A stretch of DNA of 59,437 nucleotides, filler included, from Globobulimina sp. (lineage: Eukaryota), in NCBI GenBank assembly GCA_003354225.1. It is 11 parts of 11 records of this genome, joined end to end, with 100 filler letters (N's around TTAATTAATTAA, not from the genome) between each part and the next. Parts side by side here need not be neighbours in the genome. Positions count along the whole stretch, not along the records: positions 1 to 5,327 come from PIVH01000629.1; positions 5,428 to 10,753 come from PIVH01000630.1; positions 10,854 to 16,172 come from PIVH01000631.1; 8 more parts are not named here. One strand, 5' to 3'. The notes beneath the pieces were generated by a model. The model did no database searches. It had not been told where the DNA came from and was given only the letters and a program-made list of their open reading frames with translations. A program made the translations under genes and the position numbers. Shown here one piece after another: positions 1 to 12,213 of the stretch (position 1 is its first letter; each line of letters opens with the position of its first letter).

Positions 1-534
1 TTATTGGATATTTTAAGTGAAACAAGAAAAAGAAATAAAATAAAATGTTCATTATATGGCGTATGGAAGGATAGAAAAGAAGAAGATGAAGATAGACGAA
101 GTTGGTTATTTTATTTATATTCATCAATCTCATCATCATTAAATATTAAATATCCAAAAAGAAAAATATCAATTCAACAAACAAGTGATTATCGTGGTTT
201 TAGAAATGATTTATTAATTTTTGACTGTGTGTGATTGTTATTTATGTGTTTTGTACAGAAGATTTATGCAGAAGATTCTCAAAATCGTCCTACAAAAAAA
301 TAAAACAATGGCTTTTCACAGAAAAGCCTGGCAAAGTATTTGCACTGCAAAAATGGACCGCAGACTTCAGACTTCATTCATTTATACCACCATTTCAAAA
401 ACAAAAACAGTTGGATTGATTAATGGAGCTATTTTTGATACAGCTGATATTGTTTACCCTCCATTGGATGCCATGTTGTAGATTTGTCAGTACGTATTTT
501 TATTAATTATTCTAAAAATAAAACTCTTTTCATC

Positions 535-3500
535 ATGTCACAAGAAGAAGACGAAAGTTCTTCAGTCGAAACAGCCTCAACAGGAGACGGTGATGAATCC
601 TCCACTCACGAGTCTGATTTCGATACATCAGAAGACAACGACCTCAACACCCATGCCACAAAAGCAACCCCTTCAGGCCTCGCATCAAAAGACGACATTG
701 ATATCGACACTGACAATGCCGAAGAATATGAAACTGATGACGAGTCCTATGAAGATGGCACTGCATCCACCGACGACACGGACGAAGACACAGACTCAGA
801 TTCTGACTCAACTGAGCACGATGATGATGACTCAAACGACTCAGATGACTCTGATGAATCCGAGCCCAAATCGCGCAGTGTAGAATTACTAAAATTCAAC
901 GACGATAATCCCACACAACGCAAAGGCCAACATAACGAAGTCACCGACGAAGAAGCCGAAGCGCACACTGATTCAGACGAGAATGAGGAGAGTCTAGATT
1001 CAGATGAGGATATAACTGATGATGACGAGGATGACAACGATGAAGAGGCCGAACCCCAACTAAAATACCAGCGATTAGGTGGCGGTGTGACTAAAATGAT
1101 GGAGAATGACGCCGCCTCTTCGTTGAAATGCCATCCTCGTTTTTTAGTGTTGGGCATGAAATCAGGCACTGTGTACGTGTTAGATCCGCACGGCGATATT
1201 ATTAAACAATACAGACCTCACAAGAACGCAGTGAATGCCATCTCGATTGACCAGAATGGCGATCATGTTGCGACATGTTCTAAAGACGGTATATTATCCT
1301 TGCACTCATATGCATTTATGCCATTATGTGGGTCAGTTTGAGACTGCAAAATATTGAATTTCCCACCATCCAAAGTCATATTTTTCAGTTTGAAACTGAC
1401 CAGTTTGCGACTTATATATTTTTATTCAGTTTGAAATTATATATTTTCAGTTTGAAACTCCATATCACAAAACGAGTCGGTTTGAAATTACATTGCATCC
1501 ATAAACTAAACAGGAAGGGTGGTGATACGCGATATATTTAAAGATGTGCAAACCGTGCATAATTTCCGCAATCAGGATTTATTGTCGATAGAATTGCATC
1601 CAAACTATGGCACATCACAGATGTTTGTGACTGGCGGACGGGGACAACAATTGTTATTACGCAGCATAGGCTTCTTCCGATCTGATAATAAGGTGCTTCA
1701 CAGTGGAGAAGGTCCCATATATTGCATATCGTGGCAATGTGAGTTGATTGCGTGGGCCAATGACCGTGGGGTTAAAATCTTTGACATCTCTGATCATAAA
1801 CCGATTGCACACATTAATAGAAGTAACCGTGGCTCACCGGACCCGGAGCGGTATAAATGTTGTCTATGTTGGGAGAATCGAGAGACTTTACTCATTGGAT
1901 GGGGCGATTGGGTCAAAATTGGCAGGATACGCACTGTACGGACACAAACAGGACATATGATGAAGGAAGTACATGTCACCAATGTGTTCATTACAGATTT
2001 TTATATCTGTGGCATTGCGCCGTTCAAGGAACATCTCATATTATTAGGTACCATACGTTTCCATACAAAAACACTTAGTTTTCAATATAAAAACGTATTT
2101 CCACTCATTTTTATACAAAAACACTCGTTTTTAGCGTTTCTGGAGAATGACGATGATGAGAGCAGCAGTTCAGACGACGAAGAAGAACATAAACAAGATT
2201 TAGACCGCGGAATAGGTAAAAGTAAGCCGCCCGAACTACGCATTGTGTCCCGCCGCGGTGAGTGGATCGCCACGGATGCACTGCCAATCAATAAATATAA
2301 AGCAAATCAAGCCAAAGATTACAAATTAGTATGGAGCCATGACGATGTGTTAAGGTATAAATACATGTTAAATAATGTATATTTCTCAACAAATAACAGC
2401 TACGATTCTAGCTCGCTAATGTTTGTACATAAAAAATGTACAAACATAGCTATACATTGTTGAAAAATACCACATTATTTCAGCTCAACACTTGCGGATT
2501 CCTCCTCGGTCTACGATCCATACAACTCCTTTGCCGGCACCTTCCACACTAACACGACCAATATCGGCCCGGACCAAGACTTAAAAAATCGCAAATCGCG
2601 CAAATCCAACATCGACGAGACGTTTTACATCGTCTCCCCGTCGGATATCGTGGCCTCACTGCCCCGCACCGTGGAAGATCACATAAAATGGTTATGGGAG
2701 AAGGAGGAATACGAAAAAGCTTGGCGACAGTCGGTATTATACAGCGACGACTTAATTCGCAGCAAATTAAACCCGACGAGTTTAGGTGAAGAGTTTCTTA
2801 AATACGTCTTGGAAGAAGATGAGAAATCGCACGTCCGTTTTGGCGATTTGTGCAGCGAAGTTTGCCTCAAAAACAAGCAATTATGGGAGAAGTGGATCGA
2901 TTCCCTGTCTTCCTGCGGCAAATTGAATTTAATCATCGACGTGATCCCGCTGACCAACCCGCAGTTAAATGCGCGTTCGTATGAGCTCATTCTCCGCGAA
3001 TTGATCAAGAATAACCATTTGCAGTTCTTGCAATGCGTCAGTACGTGGGACAGCAACTTGTATGACATGAAGACCATACTCCGCGATGCCACCAATCGGC
3101 TGAACGAGGTGCGACGCAGTGACCCCTTGATCCAGGCTCTCGCGCAGTTATTTCGAATGGACGAGGAGTTTGACAAAGCATTGGAGTATTATTTGCAATT
3201 AAAATCGCAGTTATTGTTGCATTTGCCGCGCCGCTACAACATCGCGTACTTATTTGTGAGTACACATACCGACAACAAGGAGTACAAATATATGATGAAA
3301 AACTGCACCATCGACGCCATCATCAAACAGGATGAGGAGGAAAAGTATCAGCGCAAATTGCGCAAATTGAAGAAGAAGAAAGAGAAACATTTGACAGTGG
3401 GCAGCGGCCTCAATGTGGAAGATATGAATAAAAGCGACGATGGCTACGACTCGGCTGCGTTGGACCTGGAGCAAGAAAAGAAAATCAATCTGGAATTAAA

Positions 3501-5001
3501 CCGAATATCGTCCGGCGTGTTCACCATGATCAAACAGCATAAATTGTGGCAATATATCCAGGATAAAATCATCCCGTTGATCGAATTGGACATTTTCCGC
3601 AGCAGTAAGCTGTTGAACCAATATCGCGACGACATCCATCCCAAAGGCGCCAATTTCATCATCGAGCAGGTTACGTTACGGATCTCTGAGATCGATCAGA
3701 ACAACAAATTGAGCAAAAGCAGCGGGCGCAATGCCATGAATATGAACAACGTGTTCAAGAACCGGCATTCGTGCCAATTAAAAAAAGTGTCGCCCGCAGT
3801 GTACAAGAAGTATTTGAAGTTTTTTATGTATTTATACTTGCACGAATTAGTGGGCTGTTGCGGCGACGCTTCGTCTTATCCGGAATTCCATGATTATTTG
3901 GTGGCGCTGTATGCGGAGTTCAATACGCGACAATTGTCCAACTTTTTGGCGGTGTCACATCACGTAAAGTTCAGCAAAGCTCTGTCGGTTTGCGAGAAGC
4001 GGCTGACTCATACCAAGGATGTGTTGAATCGCAGGAATTTGAATGAATGCTATGTGTTTATATTGAACCGGATGGGCAATTTCACCGAAGCATTGCAAGT
4101 GATATTGATTAAGTTGAAAGATGTCGATAAAGCGGTGAAATTCGTGGAGGAGCAGTCTGATAAATCGCTGTGGAACCATTTGATTGAGCGGACACTACGC
4201 GATGCGGACGAATTGATGCCGAAGCTGTTGGATGCGGTGAAAGGACATCCTAACGTCGACGCGCAAGAGTTGATCAGTAAAATCCCAAACAAGTTGAAAA
4301 TCATTGGCTTGAAACAGAAAATCATCGCTATTTTTGAAGAGTATTCGCGAGAGAAGTTGTTGACAAAGGGGACCACTGACATTTTGCGCTCTGACTGTTT
4401 GAAGTTAGGCAATAAGTTATATAGCGAAGCTGGCAAAGGCGTCATTGTCAACAATTCGAGCTATGGCAAGATCAGTATTTGTATCATCTGCCAGTTGCCA
4501 TTGAAAGTGTATCCGTCGTATTATAAGGAGCATATGGCGCGCATTAAGAAAATGGAGGAGTTGCAACAGCGGAGACATGACGATGTGCAGTATATGCATT
4601 TGCAAGAAAAGGAGTCGGCGTTTGCGAGGATCTCAATTAATAAAAGCAACCCGTTCGAGCAGAAGATAGGAAAAGAAAAGGAATCTGTTGAAGAGAAAGA
4701 AGCGATCGGTTCGACGCGGTTAAATATAAAAAATAGCAATGAGGATTATGCGGATAAGAAATTGTTGTCCAATAATAAGAAATGGAGTGAGTTGTCGGAG
4801 ACATTGCCGTCGATCAAAGTGTTTCATTGCGGACATTTTTATCATATCGATTGTTATCGGGATGCGCAGTCCGATAAAAAATATAATATTGTCAATGAGG
4901 AGGACGAAAAGGAGGATGAGGAACAGGATAAGTGTTTGATTTGTTTTTCTGGCCATGGATCGGGACAAACAAAATCTAAACGACGCAATTATAGATATTG
5001 A
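535..5001 (+). CDS. VPS41: Vacuolar protein sorting 41 (HOPS subunit), 4 exons (535-1288, 1514-2047, 2135-2354, 2484-5001)
   Basis: EPQLKYQRL start of WD region, LIAWANDRGVKIFD, LLIGWGD, FYICGIAPF, PPELRIV, EDHIKWL, clathrin-repeat region and C-terminal RING-H2. Three GT-AG introns restore one frame. Confidence 0.92.
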
Positions 5002-5327
5002 ATAGAATTTTTTCAATGTAAAATGTAATAATAATACGAAGTAATGACTTATACCATTTACACAGAATAATATTGGATATAATATATATGTATAAAATAA
5101 GCCAAAATGACAGTCATGACAGTCATTAAATTATTAAATTTTTACAATTTTTAAAACAATCAAACTCAAAAACACTTTGAGAAATGAAAAGTTGCATACG
5201 CCTAAGGTAAGGTACATTTTTTTAACGAGATCGTATATCCAGCTTATTTCACTGACCAGTCAGCTATCACAGTGACCTCGTATCTGATTGCCTCGATCTC
5301 GAGAAAATTAAGAAATGTACAAATAAA

Positions 5328-5427
5328 NNNNNNNNNNNNNNNNNNNNNNNNNNNNNNNNNNNNNNNNNNNNTTAATTAATTAANNNNNNNNNNNNNNNNN
5401 NNNNNNNNNNNNNNNNNNNNNNNNNNN
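5328..5427. other. Artificial contig-joining spacer (first of 10)
   Basis: 44 N + TTAATTAATTAA (stops in all six frames) + 44 N. Identical spacers at 10754-10853, 16173-16272, 21591-21690, 27006-27105, 32419-32518, 37827-37926, 43234-43333, 48637-48736, 54038-54137. Confidence 0.99.
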
Positions 5428-6157
5428 ATTTTTACCGTTACAATTAATTGGACAAATTGCCATTAAAATGAATTGTATATCATGCAATGCTGGACATTGG
5501 CTATATAAAAAGAATGAGATTGGAGATGAGTTTTATATTCAACGCAGTGGTATTTCTATCATTTACTATCATAATTTATATGATACAATAAAGAGAGGCG
5601 ACGTTATTGGAGAAAACATATTATGTTCAAACAAACGAAAACATTCCATAAAATGTGTAACCTGGTCAGAGTTTTATTGTTTGACCAAAAATGATTTAAA
5701 ACATGTCATTTATTCAAATTATATGGACGGAGATATTATATGGAATAAAATAAAAAATAAAATAACAAATTCTAGCGGCAACAAAAGGATAAATGTCTAT
5801 GAAAAGCACGACGCAAATGACACAATTGCAAATACAGAAATAAATAAAGAAACAAAACAGATAATTCATGATTTAAGCCATGAGGCAAATAAATTGAAAC
5901 GATTCATGCACAGTGAAACGCCTCCACCCTATTCATCATTGAATGAGATGGTATCAAATGGTGATAATAATTATCAATATGAAATCATTGCAACTGATGG
6001 GCATACAAATGACATAAATGATGCAAAGGATAAGAGTGAACATGATGAAAATGTCAATTTTGAACAAGTTGAAATGAAACCAATACACATTCTAGAAAAT
6101 AAAAGGAAAAATGCCACAAACAATGATAATGATGGCAACATATTATGGAGTGATTGA
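5428..6157 (+). CDS. 5'-truncated cyclic-nucleotide-binding domain protein (probable CNG/HCN-type channel C-terminus)
   Basis: LYKKNEIGDEFY...RGDVIGEN...RKHSIKCVTWSEFYCLTKNDL matches the cNMP-binding pattern; frame is open to the contig start. Confidence 0.7.
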
Positions 6158-6240
6158 TATCATATCTTTCAGTACAAAAGTTTTTTTTTTTGAAATTTTC
6201 GTACTACCTTGATATTTGATATTTCATTATCGGTGAAACA

Positions 6241-7662
6241 ATGCTTGATTATGCTTCTTCTATGAAATGGATCTTGTTCAAGCCTGCTGTTAAAAGAGCG
6301 AGATGCTTTTCTGTGTCAATTCATGATCCCACATTGATCAACAGAGCAGTCAGCAACAAATTAAAAAAGACATCAAAACGAATAGTTGAAAAATCTGGAA
6401 ATTCCACTAACCGACAAAACTCATCCAATATCTTGAATATATTGCATAATAATACAATTTGCAATGAAATCAAATATTTGGATGCAATTAAGCGTCTGGG
6501 AAGCATCGGTGACATTCAATGTGCTAAAAAAGTAATAAATGATGTTATAAATTTTCGTCCAATTTTGCCTTCATTGCGGATATACAATCAATTATTTAAT
6601 GCATTTGCATGGAATGATTGTATTTGGGAATCGCAATTCTATATTGATTCAATGATAAACGTCGAGGGAATTATGCCAAATATTGAAACAGCCACAATAT
6701 TGATCAAAGGTTGTAAACGAAAGGGAATGGTTAAATTTGCAGAGAAAATATGGAAAGACATGATTACAAATTACCATTTAAAACCAAACATAAACACTTA
6801 CTCGCAAATGATGGGCGTATATGGCATAGCTGGTAAACATATTTTGGCTGAAAAACTGTTCAAAGAAATGACAGAATGTCAACATATTGAAGCAAACATT
6901 GTTGTTTGTAGTTATTTGATGAAAGCATATGCAGAGAATAAAGACACACCAAAAGTATTAAAAATGAAACAATACATTGAATCAAAACATATGAAGCTGA
7001 CACACGTACAATATTTGATTATAATGACATGCTATTTGAAGAATGATGATTATCACAATGCATTGAATATATATGATGAATATGTAAATGTTTGTGTTAC
7101 AAAACACATTAAAATGTTTGCATTGCAAATGGTTGCATACATAGGAATTATGACTGTAGAGTCTAGCAATAATATAGAAAAAAGGAAATATTATTTTGAT
7201 TTGATTACAAATTCAATTCAATTGAATTGGAAATATCTGAATATTACATTGGCAAATATTCAATTATTTGCAACCATAATATTTTACGAAAATGATTTTG
7301 ATGAAATATTGAACATATTCAATAAGTTACAAAGTGAAAATATGTTTGGATATTGGACCAAAGATTATTTGAGCATTGATTTGCATGAATTTGGATACGA
7401 CGTTGCTCAATTTATATTGCTATATATTTTTAAGTTTGAGAAGCAACGCATTTTAAGTATGAGTTGTGTGCAAGTTTTGGTTGGAAGAGGAACACACAAA
7501 GATAGAAAGAGTGCATTATTAGGAAACTCAAATAAGTGTAAAGGAATTCGAGAATGTATCGCCAGAGAGTTAATGAATTATTCACCTCCGATAAGATCCG
7601 ATAACTACAAAGCATTTTTAATTCTTAATAGAGACGATATCCTCAAATACTATCAACAGTAA
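6241..7662 (+). CDS. PPR protein with C-terminal SMR domain, probably mitochondrial
   Basis: Tandem ~35-aa PPR motifs (PSLRIYNQLFNAF, PNIETATILIKGC, PNINTYSQMMGVY), then SIDLHEF and VLVGRGTH SMR motifs; basic N-terminus. Confidence 0.8.
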   Translation: MLDYASSMKWILFKPAVKRARCFSVSIHDPTLINRAVSNKLKKTSKRIVEKSGNSTNRQNSSNILNILHNNTICNEIKYLDAIKRLGSIGDIQCAKKVINDVINFRPILPSLRIYNQLFNAFAWNDCIWESQFYIDSMINVEGIMPNIETATILIKGCKRKGMVKFAEKIWKDMITNYHLKPNINTYSQMMGVYGIAGKHILAEKLFKEMTECQHIEANIVVCSYLMKAYAENKDTPKVLKMKQYIESKHMKLTHVQYLIIMTCYLKNDDYHNALNIYDEYVNVCVTKHIKMFALQMVAYIGIMTVESSNNIEKRKYYFDLITNSIQLNWKYLNITLANIQLFATIIFYENDFDEILNIFNKLQSENMFGYWTKDYLSIDLHEFGYDVAQFILLYIFKFEKQRILSMSCVQVLVGRGTHKDRKSALLGNSNKCKGIRECIARELMNYSPPIRSDNYKAFLILNRDDILKYYQQ

Positions 7663-7817
7663 CTTCTGGTGTTGTTGTTGTTGTTTTTATGACTGTACTT
7701 CTCTCAGATTTTTCCAACACTCTCTGGAGCAATGCTTACACGTGGTTAGCCTTCAAACAATGATATAGATCTGGCAACTATAATCCATTATAATCAGGGT
7801 AATAAAAAAGAAGAATA

Positions 7818-10582
7818 ATGAAGAATGCGCAGATCGCTCAACAACTCCCATGCCAACCTCTGATAAATAATGAACTCCGCGTTGACATAAAGACCAACAT
7901 AAATAAAAGCCCACCGATATTACAATCCATGTCAGCTGATCCCTATCATCAACAACAGTCACCACATCATCATAATGTCAATTTATTGGAGTTTCCAATT
8001 GCAACAACTGGCAATAAGAAAAATAATATTAATCACTCTCATTCACCACCAATGCCAGTACCAGTACCAGCCACACAAGTGACACTGACACAACCTCCAT
8101 TACGAATTGTTGCATCTGCGCCAGAATCGTATCATAATAATAACAACAGTTCTGATTTACTTCTGACTATTCCTATATAATAACAATACGATTATTCGCA
8201 CGCAACATACAATACAATATATTATATATAGGGCCAATAATGAATGGAATTCAAATGGCACATAATATGCAACAGCAACAGATTACTTATCCACAACAAC
8301 ACTATTCACAGCCATATATTTATAACGGATCACCATATCACTCACCAACATTATCCTCTGCTCATCATTCATATTCATCATTGCCTGCTGCCCCTATTAA
8401 TATGAATATGAATATGAATATGAGTGCAGATGGTGGTACGACACATATGGCTCAGCAATTACATTCAGCAGCAATCACAATTAATAATAATAATAGTCAA
8501 GGATCGAGATCTGTGCCATTTACCGATGATACACAAATTTATTATCAACAACAGCAACAACAACAACAACAACAACAGGATTATACCTCGCAACAATTAA
8601 GGAGAATGTATCAACAATATCAGGATTATTATAGAAAATATAAACAACAACAACAACAAAATAACCTCAATCAAAATAATGGTGCACAGCAACAACAACA
8701 ACAACATAACCAACAACAACAACCACCACAGCAAGCAAATAATGGCAGATATCCCAATATGAAAAACACTCGACAATATGTATCAAAATCGCATAGCGAA
8801 TACATGAAATATTTGATGAAAACCGTGCGTGACCAAACTGCAGAGATGAACCAAATGCAACAAACAATCTCTCATTTACAGAATAAAATAAATACCAAAA
8901 AATTATTGGAAGAAGATTTTTATTCGTTTTTATCACGCATAGAATTTCCTTCATGGATATCTGACAAAGATAAAGCTTTGTGTCTAAACAAATTATTTGA
9001 AAACGAAAAAGAAAAACTAACTGCTCAACTAAAGGAAGCTGAGTTGTCGCGAAGAGAGGCCGCCACTAAAAATCTACTCTTAGAAACCGGTGTCATTGAA
9101 TTAACCGATGATATATCTGCGTTGCGGGAGCATTTAGAACAAGAAAAACATAAAAACTATTTACAATCTGTTAATCATAATAAAAATTTAGCCGCAAAAT
9201 TAGCAAACCACAACCATAACAATAATAAATATAAAAAATACAATAAAAATCGATATCATAACAATAATAACATGGATTATCCGCCAGAAAATATAGTAAT
9301 TCAAAACCTAATCCGTTCGCAGATTGAATTTTATTTCAGTGATTATAATTTAAAACGCGATAAACGTTTATTGGATCAATTGTGCAGTGACAGAATCGGC
9401 TTTTTGAAGATCGACAGCGTAATGAATTTGACCCGGGTTCGCCAGCTATCCTCGCATCGAAATCAGGTCATAAACAGTCTGCGTAACAGCAAGTTTTTGT
9501 CCTTAACCGCTGACAATGAGTGGGTTGGTCGTTTAGGTTTTGAGCGGCCACAAGAGAAACAATTCCCGTTTAGACGGACCGTATTTGTATTTGGTTTACC
9601 AATGGATTGTTCCGAAAAGTATGTGACAGAAATGTTATCCCCTTTCGGTAAGCTCAGTAAAGTAAAATTTGACCATGGACCCGATACTTTGGACAGATTA
9701 GTATCTGAGAATATGTTTTGTGAGATGAAAGTGTATAAATACCGCGAGATGCGCGTATTATATAACTACAAACAGGAGGTAATGGTCGGTGGCAGTGTGG
9801 AGTACACATGCAATAAATGTAACAAATTAAAACAATGTGATGAAGGTTTTTATGAGACGTGTTCGTATCAAACACTTATATGTTTGCAATGTGCAGCAGC
9901 CAGCGCAGAATTGGTATTACAGAAATGTAAGAATAATGATGGCGATAAGATCTATAACGAGAGAATGATTGAGTTATTATGTGGTAAACCGCCCAGAGAT
10001 GTACATAACACAAAGACTGCTTTAGCTGTATTTACTTCGCAACGCCAAGCCAGTAAATGTGTATATGTGCGGAGCAGAATTGCCTACGATGGCTGTTTTG
10101 CCACTCATTATCATCATTATAGTAAACTAAAAAAGGAGATTGCTTTAACATTACAACCATTCCAGCACAGATTGCGCGAGATTCCACCGAGGAGAGTATT
10201 GCATGATATTAATAATAATAAGTTAAGCATTCAAAATATTGAGATTAGCCCACCGCAATTACATCACGACATTGATAGTTCACCGGAATCATTAACTATC
10301 GATAGTTCTGAATTACGCTCTCAATCTGAATCCGATTCCTCTGAATTACAAATGAATAACAACAAAGACGATGATATACCGAAAATTGTGCCTAAATTCA
10401 CCTCACCAAAGTTGCAGAATTCATCAGCTGGCTCTCGTACTGCGCCTGTTGTTGGCGGCAAAGGGGAAATATATCTAATGCGAGATGCATATAACAAAGT
10501 TAGTAATATTAAAGATAATAAAACTAAAAATAATAATTCATCAATCAATGCATCCTTTGTTGATGATGCTAAACGTCAATAA
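7818..10582 (+). CDS. La-related RNA-binding protein (La motif + RRM) with Q/N-rich N-terminus; probable intron ~8149-8231
   Basis: IRSQIEFYFSDYNLKRDKRL La motif, then RTVFVFGLP RNP2-like motif; polyQ tracts. First-exon boundary is inferred. Confidence 0.8.
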
Positions 10583-10853
10583 ATTCAATTATTGAGGGAA
10601 AGGGTAATAATTGAAAAGTATTTCTATCTGTTTTTGCAAAATGATGGTAAATCGTATTCAAATTTATGTCCCTCATACTCATATACTCCCACTCCACACA
10701 TTTTTTTTATTAAAATATTTATCATCTTTGAGCAAAAATAGCATTTATACTTTNNNNNNNNNNNNNNNNNNNNNNNNNNNNNNNNNNNNNNNNNNNNTTA
10801 ATTAATTAANNNNNNNNNNNNNNNNNNNNNNNNNNNNNNNNNNNNNNNNNNNN

Positions 10854-11465
10854 CAAATCAATTTATTCATCGCAGCTATTATTTATTATAAATGAAACAG
10901 GAGCGCGGCATCTCATTTCTGGCGGCAAATATTCTGAATCATCAGAGTTATATCTCTCCGATGGTGGCTGCCGTGGGCCAAATATTGATAATACGAATTG
11001 TTGCGCATCTCGCAAACCAGCGGTATCCAATGCCTTTGATGATGAATAAGATCGCGATCCGGATGAATAAGATCGCGATGGCGACGAATAAGATCGATAT
11101 CTGGATGCAGAGAGAGCGCGCGATATCGCTGGCTGGCCGTACGTAGCCATATATATCTCACGGAAGGTCGGTGTTGAGCCATCCGAGCCGGAACTGTATG
11201 ATCTGGCCGGCGTTGATGAGCCGGAACTGGACGATCTGGCCGAAGTTGTTGAGCCGGAACTGGACGATCTGGCCGAAGTTGTTGAGCCGGAACAGGATGA
11301 TCTGGCCGAAGTTGTTGATGTTGTCGACGTTGTAGATGATGGAGATGTTGATGGCGATGTTGATGGAGATGTTGTCGACGCTGTAGACACCGATGGCGAC
11401 CTTCTTTCTAATGGCGGGGCGCGCTGGTTCTCCGGGATATCGATAATGTTGCGACCGATTGACAT
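10854..11465 (-). CDS. Hypothetical Ser/Thr-rich repeat protein, divergent from the 11784 ORF
   Basis: ATG at 11465, 200-aa ORF, GC-rich, encodes TTSARSSSSGS and SRSYSSP repeats; may continue by splicing past the contig end. Confidence 0.5.
11041..11103. repeat. 3 x 21-bp tandem repeat (GATGAATAAGATCGCGATCCG-like)
   Basis: Read directly from sequence. Confidence 0.85.
11185..11316. repeat. 4 x 33-bp tandem repeat (GAGCCGGAACTGGACGATCTGGCCGAAGTTGTT-like)
   Basis: Read directly from sequence; unit length is a multiple of 3. Confidence 0.9.
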
Positions 11466-11783
11466 TGCACTTAAATGTTTTGCTGTGACAATGTTTTTAA
11501 ATGTTTAATTTGTGTGTTTGTGAAAATCATAATTTAATCTTTTTTTTTTCTATTTTTCAGAATTGTGAAAAATATGCAATGATGAAAATGCATAGAAAAA
11601 AAAGTTGTATGCATGAAATGAAAAAAAAAAGTCAGTACGGTATTCTTCAATACTCGCAGAGTCACGCAATTCAAACTTTTTCTTCTTTTGTGCTTATTCA
11701 TCACAATATGTGATGATTGATAATGTGACGTAATTTTTTCAAATCTGACGATTTTTTCCAAATCTGTTTTTTCAAATCTGACG

Positions 11784-12197
11784 ATGCCTTTCACGAAAAA
11801 AACTTCCAAAGCTGCCGCCAAAAAACGATGGGACGCTGCAAAGAAGGCAAAAAATGTTCGCAAAGAGACAAGCCGCATAGCAGTGCATATGAAACATCTT
11901 CAAAACTTAAATTATGATGATTTTAAAAAAACATTTACTGGGGCTATAACAGTAAAGTCCCGTCAAAATTATCCAGATCCACCATTTGCTCAATTTAAAG
12001 CAGGAAAAGCAAGTTCCGTTAGCAGCTGGAAAGAGACTCCGAGTTGGTGCCAAGGACCAACAGCAAGCCAAACCAAGCAGGAAATTATGGAAACCTACGG
12101 CTCTCAAAAAAGATTACTGAAAGCACAAAGAAAAAAAAAGATCTCAAGATTTGGGAAAGCTCGAATTTTTAAACACGTGAAACAAGTAAATATTTAA
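11784..12197 (+). CDS. Small, very basic hypothetical protein (137 aa), convergent with the transposase
   Basis: ATG-initiated ORF MPFTKKTSKAAAKKRW..., Lys/Arg-rich; ends 16 bp from the transposase stop. Confidence 0.55.
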   Translation: MPFTKKTSKAAAKKRWDAAKKAKNVRKETSRIAVHMKHLQNLNYDDFKKTFTGAITVKSRQNYPDPPFAQFKAGKASSVSSWKETPSWCQGPTASQTKQEIMETYGSQKRLLKAQRKKKISRFGKARIFKHVKQVNI

Positions 12198-12213
12198 ATA
12201 TCACCACATAAAA

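Noticed and set aside
1-481. Short ORFs at the start of contig 1
   Set aside because: No recognisable motif; cannot support a call.
5104-5127. AAATGACAGT..GACAGT motif also seen at 35401-35424
   Set aside because: Only two short occurrences in AT-rich DNA; too weak without a genome-wide count.
5268-5274. CACAGTG RSS-like heptamer
   Set aside because: On a different contig from the RAG1-like gene, no recognisable nonamer, expected by chance.
5372-5383. TTAATTAATTAA palindrome recurring every ~5.4 kb
   Set aside because: Artificial linker inside the N spacers; ORFs crossing it are artefacts.
11185-11316. 33-bp repeats as a CRISPR array
   Set aside because: No spacers; codon-phased repeat inside an ORF.
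11784-12197. Convergent ORF as RAG2-like
   Set aside because: Too short and lacks Kelch and PHD features.
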